DNA from: Octopus bimaculoides
Taxonomy: Eukaryota
Reading direction: 5' to 3'
Length of the DNA stretch: 64,000 nt
Assembly (NCBI RefSeq): GCF_001194135.2
Contig: NC_068990.1
Coordinates: 43,541,034-43,605,033, forward strand
Both the position numbers and the translations under genes were made by a program. The notes under the pieces are model-generated. The model was not told the origin of the DNA. It did not search any database and was given only the letters and a program-made list of their open reading frames with translations. Below, piece after piece: positions 37,971-51,770 of the stretch (position 1 is its first letter; every line of letters starts with the position of its first letter).

Positions 37971-38130
37971 TAACACTTTAGTGTTTAAACCGGCCATATC
38001 TGGCCCAAATATTGTACTTGTTTTATGTTTAAACTGACCAGATCTGGCATCTCACACCTATCTAACAATGTTATTCTGAGAATAAACAAGCATTACATTT
38101 GGCAGAAAAATCTGAATGCTAGAGGGTTAA
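37971..38130. mobile_element. piggyBac-like MITE family 2
   Basis: ttaacactttagtgtttaaaccggccatatctggcc...gaatgctagagggttaa. Confidence 0.7.
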
Positions 38131-39919
38131 CCTGTAATTAATGGCTTTCAGATTTATCTCAAATAACACCCTACCATTACAAAAGGAAAGACATATTGGA
38201 TAATGTCCCAATTACACTGTTCTTGGAATATAAAAGCTAGATAGTCACAATCAAAACACCTCTGCTCATAGGTCTTCTCAGCCATGTCTGACTATGCCAT
38301 CTAATAGAATTAATACAACTATTAACTGAACTACACCACCATTCTGTGATGCTCTGTTTATCAGTGTTCTTTCTGTTAGATATTCTTAGTGTTTCTGATA
38401 TACCTACAGTTGAGCTTATCTTTAGCAGGAATATTTGCCCTGACTAAGCAATGTTCTTTTTCACATTTTGAACATGGCCAGCTTGTTCCCGAATGATGAA
38501 AGGTGACATTAATCTTGTCCTTTAGTCCGGTCTTTTGATTTTCTAACATAAATCATATTTCAACATATTCTCCAGTGAAGTTTATGTTGTGGATTACACA
38601 AAAGTCAAGACCTTGGTAGTGTTTGCTAGTACTTTACATTGAGTTTACTGTTGATGCCTGCTACTCGTTCATCTAAAGCTTATATCATTCATTCAGTTAC
38701 ATCTAGATTCTCATTGCATCTAAATTATTATGTGTAGGCACCTTGTCAACTACTTTCCCTTTACCAACGAATAAAGTTACTATTTCTTTGTTCTTGAGTA
38801 AGATCTTCCTTTGCAACCAACTCTTTAGAAAGTTATCTTTGTACAGAAAAAAAAAACCTTGAATTCCATACAACTTTCGTTTTCAAAGTGTGCTTCTTTC
38901 TAACGACTTCATGATTTGATACATCAATATAAAAGCCAAATAATTCTCTCTGTGGCACATATCCTTCATCTTTATACAATTAATTATGATGCCATTCTGC
39001 CAATGACGGATGATAACATATTCACAGCCAGATTACCTGACCGTTTAACCAGTGACTTTGTTATAATACTTTTACTGTCTTAGCACTCTCCCTAACTGAT
39101 ACAACAATTAGTTTTCTTTTATTGTAAGATTTTTATTACTGTCTCATTTATTGCTATTTGTTATTTAATGATTTTAATTAGTGTTTTGTGTAATTAGGTT
39201 ACTACAGGTATTCTGTGAGGAAAAAGTATAACATTGGAACAATGAATCTATTCAATTTTACAATGATAACTTAGCAATTTCAATTTTAATTTGCCTTAAT
39301 CTTCTGAGTTGTTGAGCTGTCACTATATAATTTCATTTACTGTGGTGATTAAAAGAGCCACTAAGTGGAGTATTTTTGCTCTGTTGCCCTAGGACTCATT
39401 TGAAGATTTCACTTCAGGACAACAGACTTGTCAATAATGTTTACCTAAGCAAACCAGTGGATTTGCCTAACATGCTAGAGAGAAGAACCAAATTTCTCTA
39501 AAAGACAATTGAAATATCTTTGATCACACAAGTTCCCTCAATCTTAACAGACTTTGGGCTAAGCAACCACAACACTTTTCTCCTGTTTTTTAATGGCAGT
39601 ATTTGCAGCTAGGTCATCATTCTAGATTAAGGGAAGTTATTAGTGAAGGTAAATGAAAGACATCAGCCAGTAGGTCATTATTAACTTGTTAACTGAACTA
39701 GCTGAAACTTGTTTATTAGTTCGAATTATTTTATTCAGTATTCTCTATATGTTATGAAACATGTTTCACAATTAAGTCAGTCATGGTTATTTAAGATTTG
39801 TGTATGTTTGTATCATAACAGAACAAAAGTTAGTACATACATACATACATCTCAACCCAGTGAAGTAACTTTGATGTGATCATTTGATTTGCTCAAAATA
39901 ACAGCTGGATCTCCCTCAA

Positions 39920-40110
39920 ATCATGCCCTCCTCACCATTTGCAGCTGCCTTTCTCTTGGAATGTAGGTGGCTCATCTGACATTTTTTCCCCTTTACCTGT
40001 CTTCTGGTTCTAGTTGTCACATGTTCAATCCTCTTATCTCTATGGCCTTTTCTCCAAGGATTTTTCCAGCTACAATTTTTGTAGACCATTGTTTGCCCAG
40101 TTCGTTTGCA
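39920..40110 (-). mobile_element. Possible RTE LINE C-terminal remnant
   Basis: Weak peptide GHRDKRIEHVTTR resembles the RTE GHxMRRxxLEHLVTTG motif. Confidence 0.35.
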
Positions 40111-40124
40111 AACTTTCACTCAGT

Positions 40125-40173
<49 letters not shown>

Positions 40174-40243
40174 NNNNNNNNNNNNNNNNNNNNNNNNNNN
40201 NNNNNNNNNNNNNNNNNNNNNNNNNNNNNNNNNNNNNNNNNNN
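40174..40243. other. Assembly gap (70 N) inside a (TC)n tract
   Basis: Run of N. Confidence 1.
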
Positions 40244-40257
40244 CCCCCTCTCTCCCC

Positions 40258-40291
<34 letters not shown>

Positions 40292-41234
40292 ACTAATTTT
40301 TAGCATTATTCTGTGACATCCACATTTAATATCAAAGTGGGCAGTAATTCCAACTTGGTCTTTTTATTTTATTTATTAGTGATGAATTTTTGGGAAATAT
40401 AGTTTAAAGCAGGTGTTCCCAAACTGAGATAGATTTACACCTACAGGTTAAATTTGGTGATTCTGGATTTGTGTGTATATCTTTCGCTTATAAAGTCTTA
40501 AGTTGGGAAGACATTTTGAAGTAAACCTATTTTATGAAAAAATACAAATCTTTCTTTTTTGTCTCGGCCTCTTTGGATTTAACAATCTGTGTTGTATTTC
40601 TCTTTTTCTTTGTGTGCCATGCCTACTGGTATTGGCAATCATTGACCTGTTTGCTAAAGGTTTTCTTAGAAAAGATATAGCAGCATACTTTCTGCTTGTT
40701 TATTTATAGTTTACTCTGTTTGCCTCCTACTCTCCCTTAGAGCACAGTACCTATTTAACCCTTTGGCAGGGACACTGGTTCATATGACATTTACAGCATG
40801 CCCATACAACAGCAGGCTTGTTTGACTTTTATCTAGAAGCCAGTTCCCCTCCAAGTCATTAGCCATAGAATCTGCTACTTGACCCATAACTGAGTCTCTT
40901 GACAGGTCCTACCCCACTGGGCCAGAGTTGGGCTTGGAAATGGTGGTGACTAAAGGGTAATTCCATTCTTCTCAAAACCCCTGAACTCAAGCCTCACCAC
41001 CCATCAATTGATTTAATGTCTTGCTCAGGACAAAATATACTCTACACCTATTAATTGCTGTATTGCTAATGGAGTTGTCTAATTCAGAAGATTATGGTTC
41101 TGCTATCTGTTCATCATTAGTTCATAAATAAGTGAAATACTATTGTCATGTGTTATTTTTATTGTTATCATTATTTGAACTTGAAATAATCATCATCATT
41201 GTGTTAACCTCCACTTTTTCATGCTTGCATGGGT

Positions 41235-41592
41235 TAGACAATTCATTAAGGCAGATTTTCTATGGTTCAGTGCTTGTTCTTCCTGTTGCTAACCTTCACC
41301 TGTTTTCAAGTAAGGTGATATTTCCCCATTACCAGACATGTTTTCAAAGAAGATTGGAAATGGTTGTATGACAGTGACACTTGTTTACAACTATCACATG
41401 ATGCCAAGACAGGGAGCGCGCACACGCACACACACACACACACACACATATGCGCATGCAGTTTCTGTGTGCCAAATCCAGTCAGAAGGCTTTCAACTTG
41501 GAGTTATAGGGGATACATACCCAAGGTATCATGCAGTGGGATTGAGCTCAAAATCATGTGAGTAGGAAACAAACTTCTTAACCACAGAGCAA
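41235..41592 (-). mobile_element. SINE family A head with RTE-like tail
   Basis: Reverse complement of the 45445-45800 layout. Confidence 0.65.
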
Positions 41593-42019
41593 TTTGTGTG
41601 TGTGTATACACAAGGATGGTATATCTGCTTATTTAGAGAAAATTGCTGTTATGTACTTGTTTGTACATACCCATGTTTGATGAATTATTGGGTGTAGTTT
41701 TATGTTCTTCAACATAGTGTTATCCCCAATTTTAGTCACTGTTGTTTCAGGTTCTTCCATTTTCTCTTATGGGTCCTAAGCTTTGTTTGATTATTTCTAT
41801 CAACTCTTATTTTTATTTGTTAGGTAATTGGTAGTTACATTTTAGTGGATTTGGGATATAGTTTATGTATGTATTGAAATGTTATATATTTTTTTTCATT
41901 GGAGAAATTGTTTGTTTTTGATAAATAAAAAAATTTCCAAGTTTTGTTTGGTTTAAAATTCAAACATCAAACTTTGATGCATTAAAGTAACAAAGTTACT
42001 TTACTCTTATTATCTCCAA

Positions 42020-42243
42020 GGCAACTAGCTGGCAGAATCATTTGCATACCAGGCAAAATACTCAGCTGCATTTCACCAGTCTTTACATTCTGAGTTCAAA
42101 TTCAGCCAAGGTCAACTTTACCTTTCATCCATTCAGGGTCAATAAATTAAGTACCGATAGAGCACTAGGATCAATGTGGTCAATTTAACCCCTCCCCTGA
42201 AAATGCTGACCTTGTGCCAAAATTTGAAACTATTATTATTATT
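42020..42243 (+). mobile_element. SINE family B, full length with (TTA)n tail
   Basis: agctggcagaatc...ctgagttcaaattcagcc...ccttgtgccaaaatttgaaactattattatt. Confidence 0.8.
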
Positions 42244-43456
42244 TTTCTTCTAACTCAGGTTTTGTTGGAACATGTAGAGTTTTGCATGCATAGTGGACTT
42301 GTTACTTGCCGCTTACGTTACCATGTTATCTGTTCTTTTCCATGATGATTCTGGCCATGCCAAGGAGGCAAACCTTTTGTAACAGTTCTACTAAGCACTC
42401 TGTTCACATTTCCTTTATATTTCTCTTGATGCCTTCTGATTTCTATCCCCAAGGACCCAACAATAATTGGCATATCTTCACCTCCATTTTTTCAGTCAAG
42501 CTATCTCGTATATATATAAGAGAGTTATAGATGTCTCTTTTTTCATCTTCCTTCTTGACTATTCATGTGTCAAATGGGTATGCAACATCAATTATAGAGC
42601 ACGTGTAGTTCACTTTGTCTACTGCCACTAGGTCTGACTCGTGATTATTGTCTGTTTGAATTGGGAAATCCCACAGGATTTTGCTAGTCTCTGACTCTGC
42701 CACTATCTCTGGTTTGTTCCCATACCACGTCTTTCCTCTCTCTAACCCTCACTTTTCACATAGTTTCCAATGTAGAACTTTTACTATCTCATCATGTCTC
42801 CATTTGGGAAAATCTAGAGCATTCATTTACAATATGGGTCATGGTTTTGTCAACTCTGTAATAGATTTGGCTCAGCAGAGACACACACATTCCTAAGATT
42901 GATCCTCCAATTTATGGCCAAAGCTTGGTCTTGCACTGCCAATATAGTGCTCTCAGTTTCCTTTTTCAGTGTTCCTTTCTTTAACCAGTCCCAGCAACTT
43001 CAGTTGTGCCTACATTGAATTAGTTATTTGGTCCCTTATTGCGTAGTGCTTCTTCATGCCCTTTTTGTACTTATTGTTTTGTTCTTTTCTTTTTCCTGAT
43101 TTCAATATGCCCTTATCGCTAACTGCCCCTCACTTTGGGATAGATACTTCAGCAGGCTCCAAAGTTTGATATACATGCAGTCTTCTTCACTTATTAGTTC
43201 TTTTCCTTCATTTGCTCTTCTCATGTATAAGCAATCAACTGCACATGGATGACAGGCTCCATGCATGGTTAGGAGCATTCTTGTCCTCCTGTCCAACTCC
43301 TTTAGTTCATCCTCTGATCACTTCAGAATTCCAGCACCATACCGAACCACTGTAACTACATGTAGTTTATTGCCAAAATTATGTTTCTGCCATTCAACTT
43401 TGAATTCAGCATTTTTCTCAATTGCCACAAATACTCTTTCATTGTCTTTTCTTTCA
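42244..43456 (-). mobile_element. Decayed R4/Dong-clade non-LTR retrotransposon (RT thumb plus restriction-like endonuclease), 5'-truncated
   Basis: Minus-strand peptides LRKMLNSKLNGRNIILAIN, VVRYGAGI, ELKELDRRTRMLLTMHGACHP, WRHDEIVKVLHWKLC, ILWDFPIQTD, IIDVAYPFD, PIIVGSLG and LLQKVCLLG, with stops and frameshifts. Confidence 0.82.
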
Positions 43457-44849
43457 TATTATTATTATCATCATCATCATAAGTACCAGTCAAGTACTGT
43501 TGTCAATGTAATTAACTAACCTTGTGCTAAAATTAGAAATAATAATAATTATTTATTATTATTTAATATATGATATAGTAATAGTATTTTACTTTTTTTT
43601 TTTTTTCCTGCTGGCTTCAGTCATTGGACTTCAGCCAATCTGAGACAACATCATTAAGCTTTGTCAATCATGATCCTAGTAGTTCTTTCAGTTTTATACT
43701 TGATTGTTGATAACCAATCTCTATTTTTTGGAATACCATGTTACAGGAAATAAAGGCGACAACATAAACAGCAACACAAGTGCAAGCACACACAAAAACA
43801 ACCATAGATACACAATCATATGCCTATATAAATACGCATGTCTTCTACTTATCTCTACATGAAAAAGAAGAGGAAATGAAAACTTAATATATTTCTAAGA
43901 ATTTAGTATTAGATAGTGTTGGCATAAAGCAGAGTTCACAAATCTTCATTTGTTAGTGTGCTGTGGAATGTTGGAGATTGACATTTCAGGTATTACTCAT
44001 CCTCATAGAGCAAAATGTCTCTCATACCAATAACACACACACATCATCAAGTTTGTCCTTCGTGTCTCAGAAAATAATCAGGTTATCAGCTTTACACTTT
44101 ATAATTTGTTACATGCACTTGAAACAGTATTGAAATAAAATAGCCATCTATGTATCATATTCAATGTAAAACATTGAAAAAACAAAATTACCGTGGTATT
44201 CATTCAGAGATAACATATCTTATGGATATGCTGTGTTTAAAAACACAATGTATATCAGAGGGAGACAAGTCATCCCAACAATGGCTTGCAAAGATGCTAG
44301 ATGTATTTTGGCTTACTTGGGCCTCATCAGTGGCATGTACTCACAGCTAGTCACATGTCTGGTCGGGATTTCTTGCCTTTGGTGTATAGGAAACTGAACA
44401 AAATGTTCACTGATATTTCAAATAGCTGTGTAGCTGAGTAAAAATCCATTATGTGCAGTAGAAGCTGTATTAAATTAAAATAACCATCTTATGTATCACA
44501 CTTAATCTTAATTCATCATTAAAAGGCAAATTTACTGCATATTCATCCAGAGATAAGCTTTTTATATATTGGTAGGATGGGGATAGAGAAGAGAGTAAGA
44601 AAGTTAAGGGATGAGATGATGAAGATATCAATCAATATAGCATAAGTTTAATATTGGTTACATTTGCTTCAACACTTAATATTGGTTTCAATTGTTTCAA
44701 ACCATATGACACAGAGATAATGATATGGTAATAAATTGCAGGAGAATTGTATGAATTTATCTATGGTTGACTAGTGCATAGTGGCACCTCATCTGACACC
44801 AAACATTATTATTTCTGACTGCAAAAAATGTGTGACATTGCTTGTATGG

Positions 44850-45215
44850 GGAGGAACAAAAGAAGCTTGCTTCCCAACCACATGGTTCCAGGTTCAGTCC
44901 CACTTTATGGTACCTTCGGCAAGTGTCTTCTACAACAGCCTTGAACTAACCAAAGTCTTTTGAGTGGATTGGGTAAACAGAAACTGAAAGAAGCCTGTTG
45001 TATATGTATGTGTACATGTCTTTGTCCCCTACCACCACTTGACAACCAGTGTTGATATGTTTATGTCCCTATAACTTAGCGGTTCAGCAAAAGAAACTGA
45101 TAAATTTAGTACCAGGCTTTAGAAAGTACTGAAATTGATACATTCAATTAAAAACTCTCTGAGGCGGTGTCCCAGCATGGCCACAGTCTAATGACTGAAA
45201 CAAATAAAAGAATAT
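44850..45215 (+). mobile_element. SINE family A, near full length
   Basis: Collinear with 32448-32812. Confidence 0.85.
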
Positions 45216-45444
45216 AATATATATATATATATATATATATGATGATGATGATGAAAACAGTACTGTAAATTTCCTCTCTCTTAATTGTTTTATTATCACA
45301 GAAGGGTAAGCTCAATATACTAAATGAAATTGGAGGTAAATTTACTTTCAGAAGTTGACAGGGTAAATGGAACAAAAAATGTTTGGGGACTCGTGGTTTA
45401 AGAGACAGCAACAGATTTTGCTATTGCACTGTAGTGCAGGCATG

Positions 45445-45800
45445 ACTGTGTGATAAGAAATTTTCTTACCAATCACATGGTTTCAAGTTTACTCACACTG
45501 CATAGCACCTTGGGCAAGTGGATTTGGTAAATAGAAGCCCATCTTGTGTGTTTGTGTGTGTGTATAATGTGTCTCCTTGACTTCTTATAGTGGTAGTAAA
45601 TGTTGCCATCACACAAATGGTGTCCTTCACTACCAGTCAACTGTGAAAACATGTCAGGTCATTGGAGAATATTCTCTTACTTGGAAACCGGTGAGAGTTG
45701 GCAACAGGCAGGGCATCTAGCCACTGAAAATTCACTTTATCAAATTCTATCTAACCCATGTGAGCATGGAAAAGTGGACGTTAAAACAATGAATGATAAA
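45445..45800 (+). mobile_element. SINE family A head with RTE-like tail
   Basis: Head gcagggcatgactgtgtg...gcaccttgggcaagtgg. Tail ctaacccatgtgagcatggaaaagtggacgttaaaac. Confidence 0.7.
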
Positions 45801-46149
45801 TTCTGTTTTCTTATTTTATCTTCTTTTTTTTTTCCTTTATCTCTTTACTTTATCTCATCACATTGATTTGTAATAATAGTGCCAAGATAACAAAACTTAT
45901 CATACACAACTTTGACAGGTTTTATTATCAATTATTATAGGATTATCTGGATGATCATATGTTCAGGAGATAATCATTGTGTCAAAATTAATGAATGAAA
46001 CTATATTTTTTTACTCTTTTTTTCTTTCACTTTATTCATCAGAATCCTCACTCGGCTACCAGCAATAAGGACAGTATGATCTTCATATCAGAGCTAACTG
46101 TCTTTAAAAAGAAGACAAGTCTTCATAAGACAATGTAGTCCTAGATGCA

Positions 46150-46430
46150 CTTCATCATCATTATCATTTAATGTCCCAGTTTCATGATGTCATGGGTTGG
46201 ATGATTTGACAGGATGTTCTGGGCCCATGGACTGCATTATGCTCAAGTATCTGCTTTGGCATGGCTTCTGTGGCAGGATGCCCTTTTCTAAATGCCAACT
46301 ACCTCAGAGTGTACTGGTTGCTTTATGGTAGGAGATGAGGGATAAAGGATTGATAAAAGTGGTAGAATATGAAGGATGAAAGAGAAGGGGCCAGAGCAGA
46401 ACAGGTTTCTTGCTGTAGAGGAGCTACGTG
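46150..46430 (-). mobile_element. RTE-type 3' end
   Basis: catcatcattatcatttaatgtcccagtttcatgatgtcatgggttgg. Confidence 0.65.
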
Positions 46431-46635
46431 ACCACTCTCATTTTAGAAGATGTTACTCTCAATAGATGAGAGTAACATCTTTTATATAACATCCCATCCT
46501 TTCTGAGTAGACCTGGTGGCTACTCAACCAGAAGTTTTTATTTGTTTTTGTTGATTGATTTATTTTTATCAATAGTTTATGTTCTGCATTTTAAAAAAAA
46601 ACTGAAAAAAATCTGTCAATATTTTGTTCTTGCAG

Positions 46636-46736
46636 ATGATTTTGATCTAGCATACCGCAGTATTCTTCCTCTTGATGTACGAGGTGCTGATCATAAATTG
46701 ATGTCCATTACCAAGTCTAATGTGGATTCAGACCAA
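46636..46736 (+). CDS. DCAF15: DCAF15 exon (DDFDLAYRSILPLDVRGADHKLMSITKSNVDSDQ)
   Basis: Splice sites ttcttgcag| and |gtgagt. Phase 1 to 0. Weak match to human [22 protein letters not shown], and phases fit both neighbours. Confidence 0.85.
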
Positions 46737-48497
46737 GTGAGTGCCTATGTGTTGTTATAACTATTTTTTATTTTTTAAGTAACTCTCATTTCAGAACATA
46801 GAAAAAGCTTGTCCTTCCTTGAAATATTTATGCTGAGGGAACAGTTACTTATGTCTTTTGACTTTCTACTTAACTCTGCACTTTAAATAGTATACTTCTT
46901 AAGATGTCAAACTTGTGTATGTGTGCATGCATGTTTCATATTTATAAATACATGTGTACATATACACAAAATCTGCAGTGAATTTTATATCACTCCTTAT
47001 TTCAGGTGTTCAGACATGTAAAACTTTCTTCTTTTTTTTTTAAGTTTTTGTCTTAACACTTTCATCTCTTGGTTTCTGTATATTACATTTTGCATTATCT
47101 GCTGCATGGAATAATTGCAGTGCATGCATGTGTGTAGTTTTGTTTTATGAACAAATTGATGAATACTCTCCTCCTTTCTCTCTTTCTGCAGTGAATATCT
47201 ATAAGTCAATGATAAACTGATTGATCTACTTGCAGTAGGCAGCGCATGTTCACTTGTACAAATTGTCGTCAGTGAACTCATTAACATTTAAAAAATGGAA
47301 TAATGCATTCTTCATTGAAATGTCATCTGAAGAATGTCTGGTTGGGATAACATTTTTAAGCAATAGCTACGTAGAACCTTCATCTTTATTTAATTACTTC
47401 ACTGCTGATGACTTTTCTACTGACATTGTAACTGGAGTCAAGATGCTGGACTTCTAGCCACAGGATAACCTGTTTAAATTCTACCAAACCATTGAGTTGG
47501 TATCTTCTCTCTACCCCAATGGTTCCCAACCTTTTCTCTGCCCAACATACTCTAGGAAATGTTTGATTGATTTCTTTTTTTTTTTGCACCCCCACCTATG
47601 AAACTAATATAACATTGGAAGATGAAGATGAAAAGATGAAATGGATAATTTTATAATAACTAATTTTCTTTTTCATTCTGTCCTTCTCAGCTTTTTGGTG
47701 ATATATCTTTTATCAGCTTGATATTTGATAAGTTCCCTATTTGGGGCCATCAGTATTAAACTGATTTTTTGAATGAGGCAAGGACTTCCAAGCTTGCCTC
47801 ACCTTCAATAAAGGTTGGCCTGGTGTTGCGGTACTTCCAGGTTTCAGCCCCAACAAAAAAATTTATTTACTTTTATTTTTAGTCAAACCACATTTAATTA
47901 TGTGGGGAAACAAACTGAACTCAAAACAAATTAAGCTTTTAATTCAGTGCATAAAATGCCGATATATATTAAGCAATTAGCTGAGAACTGTAAATAGTGA
48001 AATCTACCTCAGTTGTGTGAATATAAAATTCAACTGCTTCTCTGTTCCTGCTTCTCATTCAAAACATGAAATCTTCAATATGATTGTGACTTGTAGGTCT
48101 GCTTGTGGATTCAGATAATTCCTAGATTTTGTCATGACAAAAGAGAACTGATTCCAGATTGCCACAAGTCATTGTAAATGGAATGAGGATACAGTTCTTG
48201 ACCCATAATCTCTTAATGATTTGAATCTACATGTGAAGAATAATAAAGTTTTTGATATACTGAATAAAGTTTCCTCTTCATTGTGATACTGAAAGGCTGT
48301 CTTTCATTTCCAGGGTTGGGTACCCAGGGTTAGGAATGCCTGCTCTACAGCTTCTGTTATGTTATTTCCTGTTATACATTGCTCTATATTAGCAATATCA
48401 CCAACTATGTTCTTGTTTGAATTATATATTATCTCTGCAGTTCTAAATGCTGTTTCTTTCTATTTACCATGGATTCTTTACTTTCTGTTCTGTCTAG

Positions 48498-48626
48498 AGT
48501 GACCATATCACTGTTTGTCAGTTGACATTGGATATTGAGCACTTCTTAGAAGAGGTCATCCACACAGTAGCAGAATGGGGACATCGCTACATTGCATTTC
48601 TAAATTATGACCTGCAGCTACTGGAT
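48498..48626 (+). CDS. DCAF15: DCAF15 exon (SDHITVCQLTLDIEHFLEEVIHTVAEWGHRYIAFLNYDLQLLD)
   Basis: Splice sites tctgtctag| and |gtaagt. Phase 0 to 0. Strong match to human [41 protein letters not shown]. Confidence 0.95.
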
Positions 48627-49674
48627 GTAAGTTCTTTCACTATTTAATTAAGTAAATTAATGCTTGTTTAATTTAAGGTGTGACCATCTCTGGTTCAGAA
48701 AAATCAGTAATCCAGAATGAAATCAATGTTGTGCCTATATGTCTTTGATGTATTATATATAATCAAAAGATTCACTTTGTGTGTATATATATGTATGTTA
48801 AAGAAAAATACATTATTTTCCAGCATACATGTCAAAAGTTTTCAGACAAAAATTTACAACCAAAAATGGTATGTTGACTTATACCCCAAGACCAACTTTA
48901 AAGGACTGAAAATTCCATGTGAAATGCAGCCTGATAGTGATAACGATTGAATGTTTACACGATATATTACAACTTGTATGCCACAAAATATGGTGCACAA
49001 ACGTTCTGTATCACAGTTGGTCATTAAATGAAGGGAAGAAGAAGAAAAAAACTATTTAAATAGTAACTTTAAAATTGCTATGTCATTTTGTATCCAGATT
49101 TCATAGATTTGATGAATTTGTGGGGGAAAAGGTTTAAACAGCTGAATCATATAAATATATAATTGTCTTCTGAATAATAAAATACTTCATACGATATTTA
49201 TATTTAAAGATATTTTCTATTCTTTTAGTGGATTCACTCAAAGGTGTTGGTCAATCTTATTGACCCACAGTATTTGTCCCCTTTCTGGTTCTCAATTTAT
49301 TAATCCATATTTGTTGAATTGCTTAGTTACTTTTTTGACTTAAGACGCCACTCAGATTTATAGTTTTAGTGTGTGTTGCACTGTGTATATAGTTTTAGTG
49401 CGTTGCACTCTACATATATATAGTTTTTTTATGCCTGTTTTTGCATGTTGACATTAATTAGGTATGTATGATTACTGAGACATTGTTTTACAGCCAAGTG
49501 CCCTTCCTGGCACTCACCCTTAAATTGTTTTTCAAATAATGGGTATCTTATTTCACACATCTTTGAAGGTATTAAACTAGCTGACAGGAAATGACAGCAA
49601 TATCATTTCCCATAACTCAGCAATTTTCAGGGAACAAATACTGACATATGTGTGCACACATGCATATGTATCAT

Positions 49675-49990
49675 TGTCATTCATTGTCTAGGACAACACA
49701 CATTTAGGAGTGCTGCTTATAGACATATTAGAGGACTGAATCACACTTGTGCTCTTAAGTTTTGACTTCAATATGGCTGGAAGCTCTTCCTGACACCAAC
49801 CACTTTACAGTTTGTATTGTATGCTGGGGTTTTTTTTTGTTTTTTTTTCTGTCACCATCACCAGTGGATTGCCATGTCCTTAACCAGGCTTAAGGGTCTT
49901 TTCAGTACTACACTTTTCTGGGTGCATATTTTCGTGGCATCAGCATTAGAGAGGTTGTCATATCCATGATATGCCTTAATGGACCTCTTG
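49675..49990 (-). mobile_element. RTE-type 3' end, degenerate, followed by purine-rich sequence
   Basis: ggctggaagctcttcctgacaccaaccactttacag matches the family core. Confidence 0.5.
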
Positions 49991-51738
49991 ACACCATGTC
50001 TACTTGCTCAGCAGCTTCTTTACAGAAGGAGAGGCACAAAGTGTAAGGTAGATAGAGGCATGAATCATAACCATGTGATGAGAGGGACGAGTGATGAGGC
50101 TACTCAGCATTCTGATGGGGAAAATGAGTGTGTATGGGGGCAGGAGAGGTTGAGTGTGAAGATGTCGATAGGGTGCCCATGTCAGATTGATAGGGGTGTC
50201 AAGAAAATGGGAGGTAAAACGATGAAAGGATAACATGGTACAAGGATGGAGGTAGTGATAGAATTATAGAGGGTTGAATGATAGAAATAAGGGCACTAAG
50301 AGGGTGTCAAGGTGTGACAGGCACAATCATAGGCTGGGTGCAGAAATATCATCATACCTCTCTGTCTGCATCACTACCACAGTTCTTGTCACTTTCAATT
50401 CCCCATGCCAACAATCCTGGATAGGTCTTCTACGGCCAAATCTTTTCTATCATTGTTTATTGCCTGTCTCATGGTCCTCTGTTGTCTCTTATGTCAGATG
50501 CAACTTCTTGACGGCAGTCTTCATCACTTCATCTGAAATCTTTCTTAGTCTCTCTTCCACAGGTTCCATTTTTGTTGTATGAGACTACTTTATACAGATG
50601 TCAGCCTCTATAGGCATCCTATGTCCACTTCCAAAGCAACTTCCTCTCCTGCACACTACATCTGGTTCTTATATTCAGTTTTGCTTCTCAGTTCATTAAT
50701 TCTCCATTGTTTGTGCATATTAACTTTACATTGGAAATAAATTAAGCCCAGTGCATCATAAGGTGTATTTCATTGTTTCACAAAAAATATCGAGGTGTGT
50801 TGTGGATTTTTGAAAACGTTTAGAAAAAGAAAAAAAGTACTAATGCTTGAGAGCTTCTTGTTATTCATAATTTTGTTATACACAAATATGATTAATAAAA
50901 CAATGTAAACAATAGCTTTCTACATTTCTTTTAAGATTTTAACTTTCTGTGTAAAATGTGTTATTTTTTTCTGTACTGTGTTTTAGTAATCATATTTATA
51001 TATAATAAAATTATGACTAATATGTTGTTTTTTTTTTCGAGACACTCAAGTATTAGTATGTATTTCCTGAAACCTAATAGTGTGCTTTTAAAAATCAATG
51101 ACACACCTAGATACACCTTGTGAGACACTAGTATGCATTTAAGAAACACACACACACACTGCATATATCCATACACATTTACAAAGGTAGTGGCAAGTTG
51201 GTCTAGTAAGGTTATATAAACTATTATAACTGAATTTGCTTTGAGACTCATCATTAACAAAGTCAAAACTAAAAGTTTTCCTGTAGATTTATTACTCTAT
51301 GCCTCTAAGTACAAATCTTGTCAATGACATTATCTTTCTTGCTTTCAACCCTCCACCAACTCAATAAAAGGTGGCAAATCTACTGAAATCAATTCAATAG
51401 GATTTTTCTTTCCCTTTAAACAAAAACTAGTCTTACACCTAACTAAGTTAAATCAGTATCTTCCTATATATGTCATTATTGCCTTTAGCTGAACAATATC
51501 ATTGTGAAAATCCATAAATATATAAACACCACACACATCATCATATATAAAACATGATGAGCTTTCTACCGTTCCCTCCACTAAACTTGTAAATATAAAT
51601 TGCATTTCAATGTGTATTGTATGTGTGTGTGTGTGTGTGTGTCCCCTTTGTTTCATATGCTTGGCTTAGATGAAAGAAAACTGAAGCAGGATTTTTTATA
51701 ACTGGATGCACTTCATGTCACCCTGTTTTTCACTAAGG

Positions 51739-51770
<32 letters not shown>

